Assembly: GCA_963806225.1 (NCBI GenBank) | Contig: CAWDXG010000004.1 | Span: forward strand, 32,001 to 96,000 | Length of the DNA: 64,000 nt | Direction: 5' to 3' | DNA from: an uncultured delta proteobacterium | Lineage (GTDB): Bacteria; Myxococcota_A; Polyangia; Polyangiales; Polyangiaceae | In this document: one piece after another, positions 1 to 9,725 of the stretch | Numbering within the stretch: the stretch's first letter is position 1 | Layout: each line of letters opens with the position of its first letter | The notes under the pieces: model-generated | Told to the model about the DNA's origin: nothing | Database searches by the model: none | The model's input: only the letters and a program-made list of their open reading frames with translations | Position numbers and translations under genes: made by a program

Positions 1-340
1 CGCGTTCGGCGGGCGGCACCTTGCGCATGCGCAGCGGGAAGCCGAGGATCTCGCGCACCAACATGTGCGGGTAGAGCGCGAAGCCCTGGAACACCATCGC
101 CACGTCGCGCTGCTGCGGCGGCACGTCCTGCATGCTGCGCCCGCCGATCCTGATGCTGCCCGCGTCGGGCACGTCCAGCCCGGCGACCAGCCGGAGCGTC
201 GTGCTCTTGCCGCAGCCGCTGGGGCCGACCAGGCACAGCACCTCGCCGGTCCCGATGTCGAGGTCCAGGCCGTCGACGGCCGGCCGGTCGCTGCCAGGGA
301 ACCGGCGCGTCAGCTTCTCGATCAGAACCGGGGATGCCAT
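1..340 (-). CDS. ABC transporter ATP-binding protein, MalK/UgpC-like (5' part; runs off window)
   Basis: Manual translation from ATG at 340: MASPVLIEKLTRRF...LVGPSGCGKSTTLRLVAGLD...RDVAMVFQGFALYPHM. Contains Walker A and the carbohydrate-ABC Q-loop context. Confidence 0.9.
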   Translation of the reverse strand, partial: MASPVLIEKLTRRFPGSDRPAVDGLDLDIGTGEVLCLVGPSGCGKSTTLRLVAGLDVPDAGSIRIGGRSMQDVPPQQRDVAMVFQGFALYPHMLVREILGFPLRMRKVPPAER

Positions 341-437
341 CGCGCGTGGTGTCTCCGTGTCGGCGGCGGGCTCGGATGGTATACGGGCCCCGCCGCATCC
401 TAGTCGGAGGCGGCTCCGCTTTTCGAGTCACGTCCGC

Positions 438-1729
438 ATGAGGCTTTCCACCGCCGTCGCGCTGCTTGCGCTGGGCGCCGTAGCAGCGCTCGCCGGCCTG
501 TCGGCCTGCCACTCCAGCCACCAGCAGCCGGCTCCCGCCGCACTCCGCCGGCGCGGCGTCCCGAGCCAGCTCGGCTGCCGCCCCGGCGGCTTCCGTGTCC
601 AGTGCTCCGGCTTCGAGCGCCGCCCCGGCGGCTTCCGCGTCGGGCGCGCCGGCTTCAAGTGCCCCGGCGGCGACGAGCTGCCCGCCCGACATGAAGGCGA
701 TCCCCGGCGCCACCTTCTGGGTGGGGTCACCGAGGGGCACCGGCTCGCACGAGGAGAGCCCGCGCTTCCAGACCAAGGTCGCCGACTTCTGCCTCGACAC
801 CACCGAGGTCACGGTCGACGCCTACGAGGCCTGCGTGAAAACCGGCGCCTGCAAGCAGGCCTACGCCAAGCAGCACTCCTGCAACGTCCACCGGAAGGGT
901 CACGGCGAGCATCCGATCAACTGCGTCGACTGGCACATGGCGCACGACTACTGCGCCTGGAAGCACCGCCGGCTTCCAACCGAAGTGGAGTGGGAGTACG
1001 CCGCAAGAGGCGGCACCGAGTACCGCAAGTACTCCTGGGGCAACCAGGAACCCGACGGCCGCACGTGCTGGAAGCACCCCGGCGGCTCGTGCCGGGTCAA
1101 GAGCTACGCGGCTGGCGCCTTCGGCCTCTTCGACATGACCGGCAACGTCTGGGAATGGACCAGCACCTGGTACGGGCCGTACCCGTGGCCGCCGGTGCAC
1201 TCGCCCACCAAGGTCTACCGCGGCGGAAGCTGGAGCCGGCGCTTCGACAAGTGGATGGACACCAAGCTGCGGGATCGCATGCCGCCGAACAAGTGGGGCT
1301 CGCACCTCGGCATTCCGCTGCGCGCTCACGCTGCCCGATACCCAATGCCCGTTCGGGCGCACCGCCGATGGTTCGCAGTGCCTGTTCAAGGTCACCACGA
1401 TGAATTGCGAGCGTGGGCTTGGATGGAACGGAATGCGCTGCGCGCGCAAGGGCGAGCCGGACTGCAACAAGGGCTGGGTCGAGAAGCCGGGGCACGGCTG
1501 CGAGCTCGCCGTGCCGGTGAAGCGGAAGTTCACGCCGGTCGATACCAGCGGCGTGACGCGCTCGCGCTCCCCGGAGTTCGACCCGGACTGTCACAAGTAC
1601 TACCCTGGGCGCCCCGAAGCCTTTCGCTACTCGGGCGGCACGCACGCCGCCCGCAACATCGTGAGCGGGAAATCCGGATGCAAGAATCGCGACGTAGGAG
1701 TGGGATGGAACTCGTGCTGCTGCCCCTGA
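438..1729 (+). CDS. FGE-sulfatase (SUMF1/C-type-lectin fold) domain lipoprotein with Cys-rich C-terminal extension; frameshifted
   Basis: Signal peptide ending LSAC, Ser/Ala/Pro linker, FGE motifs TEVT, HPINCVDW, RLPTEVEWEYAARGG, FGLFDMTGNVWEW, RGGSW. Joined from ORFs 132..1403, 595..1926 and 1400..1729. Confidence 0.8.
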
Positions 1730-1762
1730 GGCGGAGCCTGCCGCTGGCGCTCGGCGCGGCGT

Positions 1763-2611
1763 GTGACCGCAGCCTGTGGTGGGGCCACGCCCGCCGCCGC
1801 CGCTCCGACCTCCGCCGAGGCCGCGCCGGCCCTCGTCGAGCACCAGAGCGCCGAGTCGACGGCTGGCGCAGGGCAGGGCACCGCGGCGCCGATCAAGAGC
1901 ACGCCCAGGACGCCGGCAGCCGCTAGAGCTGCCAAAGCCGCCAAAGCCGCGGACACGACCGACAAGACGGATCCGGCCAAGGCGGACAACAAGTCGGCGC
2001 AACAGGACGCCGACACGCCTCCGCCGCCGCTGCCCAAGGGCACCACCGTGCTGCACATCGGCGACTCCTTCGCCGGCGCGCTCGGTATCGAGCTCGACAA
2101 GCAGCTCAAGGCGCCAGGGCGTCCGCGGCATCCTGCGCTACAAGACCGCGAGCTACATTCCGGAGTGGGCGTACAAGGGCAAGGTGCGGCAGTACGTCGC
2201 GCAGTACAAGCCTGACCTCGTGCTCATCACGCTCGGCGCCAACGAGCTCAAGATCGTCGAAGCCGGAACAGCGCATCCATGCCATCAAGAAGCTCGTGGG
2301 CGAGCTGGGCGGGCGGCCGTGCGTGTGGGTCGGCGTGCCGCTCTGGAGCGGAGCGCACAACGATCTACTCGACGTGATCCGCGACAACGCGGGGCCCTGT
2401 CGCTTCCTCGACAGCACGCGCCTGTTCCCGGACATGCCGCGCGTCCACGATCACATCCACCCGACGATGAACGCGCGCCACGAGTGGGCCAAGCGCGTCA
2501 TCGAGTGGCTTGCGCGGCGAGCGCGTTCCCGACGGTGACAAGCCCTGGCAGCTGAAGCCAGCTCCCGCCAATCCACTGCCGCTCGCCGACGCTCCGCCGA
2601 AGAAGAAGTAG
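1763..2611 (+). CDS. SGNH/GDSL hydrolase-like exported protein; frameshifted, start approximate
   Basis: LHIGDSF block I, PDLVLITLGANE block III and DHIHP block V, spread over ORFs 1763..2215, 1776..2555 and 2296..2538. Stop TAG at 2609-2611. Confidence 0.7.
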
Positions 2612-2742
2612 GGGGAGGGGGTGCCCTCCGCGCTGGGCGTCGCTTGACGTTGCGCCGTGCTCGCTTCGCTGCGCGCGGCGCGTGGTCCCAAACGCGCGGC
2701 TCCGCCGCGCGCGGGCCCACAACGCCGGGCTGCCAGGACCCG

Positions 2743-3449
2743 CTAGCGGTCGGCCAGCAGCCGTGCGGCGCCCAGGCCGAGCAGCAGCCCGGCCAGGCCG
2801 CCGGCGGCCATCGAGACGAATACGCCGGCCAACACGGCGTTGAAGGGATCGGCGAGGTCGTAGTGCGCGGGCAGGTACAACGACAGCGCGACCGTCATGC
2901 CGACCCAAGGCGCGAAGCGCGTGAGGATCCCGCGGCGCGCCGCGATCGCTTCCACGACCACGGCACCGAGCGCCAGCACCACCAGGAACAGCCCCGCCGG
3001 CAGAGCGGGCAGGGCGGGCACGCTGCCCGGGAACAGTGCGTGCGAGACGGACAGCTCGGAGCCGAGCAGCACGAGCCCGCCGAGCGCAAACGCCGCCCGG
3101 CGCAGCTTCGGGTGGGCGTCGCGGAGCGGTAGCGCGCCCATCACCACGGCCACCAGCGGCAGCCCCAGCGCGACGATCGTTCGCCTCGTAGGGTCGCGAA
3201 GCCTCGAAGCGCGTCCCGGCGAAGAGCAGCACCGCCACCCCCGCAAGGATCGGGATGCGCCAGCGGTCCATGAACTCCTCGAGCGCGTCGTCGTCGCCGT
3301 TGGCCAGCGCCGGTCCGGCGTCGAACTCGACCTCGGGCGCGAGATCGGCGAGGCGCCGCGCGGCGCGGCGCTCCTGGCGGCGACGGCGGGCGTCGTCTCG
3401 CGCGGCGTCCCGGTGCGCGCGGGCGGCCGGGGGAGGGCTGGTCGCTCAT
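2743..3449 (-). CDS. hypothetical multi-pass membrane protein; frameshifted
   Basis: ORF 2743..3540 C-terminal part has about 5 hydrophobic segments. ORF 2498..3271 supplies MDRWRIPILAGVAVLLF. The start is uncertain. Confidence 0.55.
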
Positions 3450-3528
3450 TGGATGGGGCCCGGACAGCTGGCCGGGCCCGCGCCTGATCTGACTCCGCCC
3501 GCCCTCCCGCGCAAGCGCGCTCCGGACC

Positions 3529-3604
3529 TGGTGACCCCACCGGGACTCGAACCCGCGGTTACCGGCGTGAGAGGCCGATGTCCTAACCGCTAGACGATGG
3601 GGCC
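3529..3604 (-). tRNA. tRNA-Glu (CTC)
   Basis: Reverse complement GGCCCCATCGTCTAGCGGTTAGGACATCGGCCTCTCACGCCGGTAACCGCGGGTTCGAGTCCCGGTGGGGTCACCA folds as a cloverleaf, with anticodon CTC, a GTTCGA T-loop and encoded CCA. Confidence 0.97.
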
Positions 3605-3640
3605 AGTGCCGACCCGCTTCTGGTCTCGGGCGGCGATTTG

Positions 3641-3711
3641 CTGGGGAACAAGGATTCGAACCTAGATAACAAGAACCAGAATCTTGTGTCCTGCCGTTAG
3701 ACGATTCCCCA
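3641..3711 (-). tRNA. tRNA-Gln (CTG)
   Basis: Reverse complement TGGGGAATCGTCTAACGGCAGGACACAAGATTCTGGTTCTTGTTATCTAGGTTCGAATCCTTGTTCCCCAG has anticodon CTG. It is followed by CAA rather than CCA. Confidence 0.96.
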
Positions 3712-3872
3712 AAGGGGAAGCACCGTCCGGGCCGGGGAGGCCACCGGACGTGCCCGACGGCCCACGAGGAGCCGGCGGGGCCCGGGTTCCTATCGTCTAA
3801 TCGCTGTGGCGATGCAAGGGGGAGCGTCGATTTACTGCCCGGTGGCAGCAGGGGCTTGATTCCCGGCCGTGA

Positions 3873-3902
3873 TTGACATAAGTTCCGCGGCCGAAACAGT
3901 AT
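3873..3902 (+). promoter_or_regulatory. putative sigma70-type promoter of groEL
   Basis: Perfect TTGACA at 3873-3878, 18-bp spacer, weak -10 CAGTAT at 3897-3902. AAGGAG RBS before the ATG at 3966. Confidence 0.4.
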
Positions 3903-3965
3903 TTCCGCCCCGTGCCGCGCCCTCCGCTGCTCCGGCCGGCGGTTCATCCCAAGGAGAGCCATCTC

Positions 3966-5677
<1,712 letters not shown>

Positions 5678-5822
5678 GCCGGCCGGCGCACGACGGCTTT
5701 GACCGCCTCGCCGCCGCCGGGATAGACTGGCACCCAGATGACGGCACTCCCGGTTCTCCCGCGTCCGGTCCGAGCCCGGCGTGCCGTCGACATGCCTCCG
5801 ACCGGCCACGTGGAGCGGGCGC

Positions 5823-6592
5823 ATGGAGCTCCGCGTAATCGGCTGCCACGGGGGCGAGACGCCGCGGCACCGCACCAGTGCGTTCGTCCTGGACGAGCGC
5901 CTGGCGGTCGATGCGGGCTCGCTCACCAGCGGGCTCGACCTGAAGTCGCAGTTCCGGCTGTCGGGGTGCGTGGTCAGCCACGCGCACCTCGACCACATCC
6001 GCGACCTGGCCACCATCGCCGACAACCGCTGCCAGGCGGAGTGCGATCCGCTGGTCGTCGCCGCCACGCGGGGCACCATCCAGGCGCTGAAGAAGCACTT
6101 CTTCAACAACCTGATCTGGCCGGATTTCTCGGAAATCCCGAACAAGACGCGCCCGACCATCCGCTTCGTCGAGCTCAAACCCGAGAAAGCCGCACGGTCA
6201 TCGGCGACTACAGCGTGCGAAGCGTGATGGTCAGCCACACCATCGAGTCCGCCGGCTTCATCATCCAGGGCCCGGACGCGACCGTCGCGTACAGCGGCGA
6301 CACCGGACCCACCGACCGCCTCTGGGAGCTCCTGCGCCAGGAGCAGAACCTCAAGGCGCTGCTCATGGAAGTGAGCTTCCCGAACCGCGAGCAGAAGCTC
6401 GCGACGGTCAGCGGCCACCACACGCCGCGGACGCTCGCCAAGGACCTGAAGAAGTTCGGCAAGCCGCAGGACCTGCCGACGCTGCTCTATCACATCAAGC
6501 CGGTGTTCCAGAGCGAGGTCGAGCAGGAGTGCGCCAGGCTGCGCGGCGTGAACCTGACCGTCATGGGTCTCGGCGACCACTTCGTGCTCTGA
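5823..6592 (+). CDS. 3',5'-cyclic-nucleotide phosphodiesterase class II-like (MBL fold); one frameshift near 6190
   Basis: [11 protein letters not shown]...AVDAGS...SHAHLDH...[11 protein letters not shown], then YSGDTGP...EVSFPN...SGHHTP...LYHIKP. Confidence 0.85.
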
Positions 6593-6775
6593 GGCTCCGT
6601 CGCCGCACGGACGCCCGTGGCTCCGGGCTCCTGTCGCGACGTGACGCGCCGGCGGTGCGCGTCGATTATCGGTTCCGGGGCTCTGCCTGGGGGGCCTGGC
6701 AGCCGCTGGGCCCGGTTTTCCGGCCCGATACCGCAGTCTTTCCACGGCCCAGCCCACAGCCGCGCCCACCCCATG

Positions 6776-6803
6776 AGTTAACATAATGTATCTTATGCGA
6801 AGT
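6776..6803 (-). other. dif: dif chromosome dimer resolution site (XerC/XerD)
   Basis: Minus strand reads ACTTCGCATAA-GATACA-TTATGTTAACT, an 11-6-11 layout matching the E. coli dif pattern GGTGCGCATAA-TGTATA-TTATGTTAAAT. It is an AT-rich island between convergent genes. Confidence 0.92.
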
Positions 6804-6935
6804 CGATAATGCCGGGATCGGGGCACGGCGTGGTCGCCCGCGATGGTGCCCTGGCGCCCGTCCCTGCGCGGTCGGAGCGTGGCGGCACGACGTAATCCCG
6901 GCCTCGAGCAGCGCTGCCTGCCGGCGCGGCGCGGT

Positions 6936-8193
6936 CTAGCCGGAGAGCGGCGGCGGCGTGACGTAGATGCCGAGCAGATTGCCGCCGTTGGTCACGACGA
7001 ACGCGCGACGCCCGTACGCCGCCGGCGTCATCGAGATGCCGTCGCCGGTGCCGAAGCCGTCAATCAAGCTGCCGTCGATCGGGCTGAGCAGATACAGGCC
7101 GAGCTTGGTGCTCGACATCATCAGCGCGCCTTCAACGGGCACCGGCGCGGACACGCCTCCGGCCGGTAGCGTCTGGCGCCAGACATCGCGGCCCGTCTCC
7201 GGATCGAGCGCCCACAGCCCCGTGGTGCCGCTGGATGCCAGAAGCAGCCTGCGCGCCGGCAGCATTGGACCCTGGCCGCTGCGTGGTGGATGCGCCGGCT
7301 GGCTCCAGAACGTGAGCTCGCTGACCCCGCGCACCGCGGGATTGGCCCAGACCTGCGTCCCGGTGTCCGCCGACAGCGCGTAGGCGCCGCCCTCGTAGCT
7401 GGCCACGAAGACCACCGCGCCGGCGTCGATCTCCTGGCCCACGGGCGTGGTGTCCACGTCGAGATACTGCGGCACCTCGCCGAGCGTCTGCTCGGCCTCG
7501 GCCGCGAGATCCACGGGCTGCCACGCCTCGTCGCCCGTGTTGGCGTCGAACGCGGTTACGGTGCCGTCGCTGAAACCGGCGTACACCTTGCCGCGCCACA
7601 CCAGCGGCCCGGCGTAGCCCGCGATTTCCATGCCCATCGCCGGCGTGCGATGCTGGCTCCAGAGGCGCTTGCCGGTGTGCGGATCCAGCGCCAGTACCGT
7701 GTCGTTCGCGTTGACGACGTATAGCTTGCCGCCCGCCAGCACCGGTTGGCGCGAGACCTCCGCGTTGCTGTTGAAGCGCCAGATGCAGATGGCCGTCCTG
7801 CGCCCTCACCTTGTACAGCGCACCGTCGTTCGAGCCGAAATAGACGACGTCTTCCTGGGAGTCGTACAGCGGATGGCACTGCACGAAGCCAAGCGTCTCG
7901 AAGCGCCATAGCGCGTGGCCGTCGTCGGCGCTGAGCGCGTACAGACCGTTGTCGCTCGAGCCGACGAAGACGCGGCGATGCACGACGTCGAGCTCCGGCT
8001 GTCCGCGCTCGTACGGCTCGCCGCGATGGCGCGACGGCGCGACGATGTTCCGCGAATACACCACTTTCATCGACCAGCTGGGCCGGTGCACCCATGTCGG
8101 CAGCTCGGGGTTGGCGCCCGAGCGGATCGACGCGCAGCCGCCCAGGATGGCCGCCGAGAACAACAGCGCGCCGCCGAGCCTTGCGACCCTCAT
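6936..8193 (-). CDS. bamB: PQQ-like beta-propeller lipoprotein, BamB-like; one frameshift near 7790
   Basis: Lipobox ILGGC and repeated LYALxAxxGxxxW propeller blades (VFVGSSDNGLYALSADDGHALW, VLALDPHTGKRLW). Directly downstream of the yfgM-like gene. Confidence 0.75.
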
Positions 8194-9668
8194 GGCGCGG
8201 AGCCTGCCGGTGCCGGCGCAGGCGTCGGCTTCTGCTCCGGCGCGGGCGCTTTCGGCTTCGCTGTCTTTTCCGGCGCGGGCGCTTTCGGCTTCGCTGTCTT
8301 TTCCGGCGCGGGCGCTTTCGGCTTCACTGTCTTTTCCGGCGCGGGCGTCTCGTCCGGCGCCGCCGCCTTCGAGGTGTCGTCCGGCGCGGGCGCTGGAGCC
8401 TGCTCGGCAGGCCCGGGCGCGCCCTTGGGCGCGGGCGGCAACTTCATCCCCATCTTCTGCATCAGCTCCTTGAGCTTGGTGGGGTCCTGCTTGATCTGCT
8501 CGCGCAGCTTCTGGATCTGCTGCGGCGTGAGCTGCATTCCCGGGCCCTCGGGCGCTGGTGCGGCGGACGGATTGATCGTCTGCATCAGCTGCGTGCTCAT
8601 GGTGGCGAGATAGCTGTTCTGCGGATACGGCGAGTCGGTGTCCGAGAGCTTCTTCTGCACTTTCTGCAGCAGCTTCTGCGCCTGGTCCTTGGCACCCTTC
8701 AGGTACGCGACCCGCGCCTGGTGGTAGAGCGCCAGCGAGGTCAGCCCCGGCACGCCCATGTTTTCCAGCTCGCGGTAGGCCTTGGCTGCTGCGTCGAGCT
8801 TCTTGTCGGCTTCGAGGCACATGCCGATGCCCTCGATTGAACGCCCCTTCACGTCCGTGTCGTGTTTGGCAAGCGCGCTGCCCTTGACCGACTCGTAGTC
8901 CTTCTGTGCCGCACCGAACTTGCCCTGGTCGTACTCCACTCCCGCCAATCCCAGCGTGGCCAGGATCGACGTACCCGAGCCCTTCGCGACGGTTGCGGCC
9001 GCCTGGTAGGACTTCTCGGCAGCCTGGTTGCGCGCCTTGGCGGTCGGGAACGTCTTGCGCGGGTCGAAATCGGCCTCGGGCCCACTCGCCTCTTCACCGG
9101 GCAGCTTGGCGGCCTCGTCCTCGACGGCGGCGATGAGCTTGTCGGACGCCTTCTCGATCTGCTTCGTGTGGCGCCACGAGTAGATCTCCCAGCCGATGCC
9201 CCCGGCGATCAGCGCCACGACCACCCACTGCACGATATTGAAGTGGTCCTTGACCCAGTTCGTGGTGGTCTGCGTCCAGCGGGCGAGCGCGTCGTCGACC
9301 ATCTCGCCGGCGGCCAGCCCCTGATCGCGTTCGCGGCGACGCGCGGCGGCGCGCTCGCGGATCCGCTCGTTTCGATCGCGGATGCGATCCGGCTCGCCAG
9401 AGCGCTTCCTCTTTTTCTTCTTCTTGCGCGGCGCGGGGCGCGGGCGCGCGGGCTTGTCCTCGTCGTCCGCCTCCGCGGCGGAGGCTGCCTCCTCTTCCTG
9501 GCTGCCGTCTTCCGCGTCTTCCGCGGATCCGTCCGCGTCGGGCTCTCCGCCCGCCTCCGCTTCGTCTGCGGATGCTTCGGCGGCTTCGCTGCCCTCCGTG
9601 GCCTCGTTGGCGTCCTGCTCTTCGCGGCGCCGCGCGCGCCGTGAGCGTCGTGTTTCCTTGTCTACCAC
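8190..9668 (-). CDS. YfgM-like membrane-anchored TPR protein with acidic N-terminus and Pro/Ala/Lys tail
   Basis: Single TM (IVQWVVVALIAGGIGW) followed by TPR-like helices. Overlaps the bamB start. Confidence 0.75.
   Translation of the reverse strand: MVDKETRRSRRARRREEQDANEATEGSEAAEASADEAEAGGEPDADGSAEDAEDGSQEEEAASAAEADDEDKPARPRPAPRKKKKKRKRSGEPDRIRDRNERIRERAAARRRERDQGLAAGEMVDDALARWTQTTTNWVKDHFNIVQWVVVALIAGGIGWEIYSWRHTKQIEKASDKLIAAVEDEAAKLPGEEASGPEADFDPRKTFPTAKARNQAAEKSYQAAATVAKGSGTSILATLGLAGVEYDQGKFGAAQKDYESVKGSALAKHDTDVKGRSIEGIGMCLEADKKLDAAAKAYRELENMGVPGLTSLALYHQARVAYLKGAKDQAQKLLQKVQKKLSDTDSPYPQNSYLATMSTQLMQTINPSAAPAPEGPGMQLTPQQIQKLREQIKQDPTKLKELMQKMGMKLPPAPKGAPGPAEQAPAPAPDDTSKAAAPDETPAPEKTVKPKAPAPEKTAKPKAPAPEKTAKPKAPAPEQKPTPAPAPAGSAP
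8236..8347. repeat. 33-bp tandem repeat, about 3.4 copies, encoding PEKTAKPKAPA
   Basis: Unit TCCGGCGCGGGCGCTTTCGGCTTCGCTGTCTTT, with one substitution in the third copy. Confidence 0.9.
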
Positions 9669-9725
9669 CGGCGCCTCTATACCACCGCTCGCGCGCCCAT
9701 CGATGCTTTCGCGCGGAGATTCGCC

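Noticed and set aside
3529..3711. Integrated element at the tRNA 3' ends
   Set aside because: No duplicated tRNA 3' segment and no integrase were noticed. The flanking genes look chromosomal.
6776..6803. loxP site or integrated IMEX/pdif module
   Set aside because: The spacer is 6 bp with asymmetric XerC/XerD arms, not loxP 13-8-13. No second dif-like site or phage/plasmid genes were seen.
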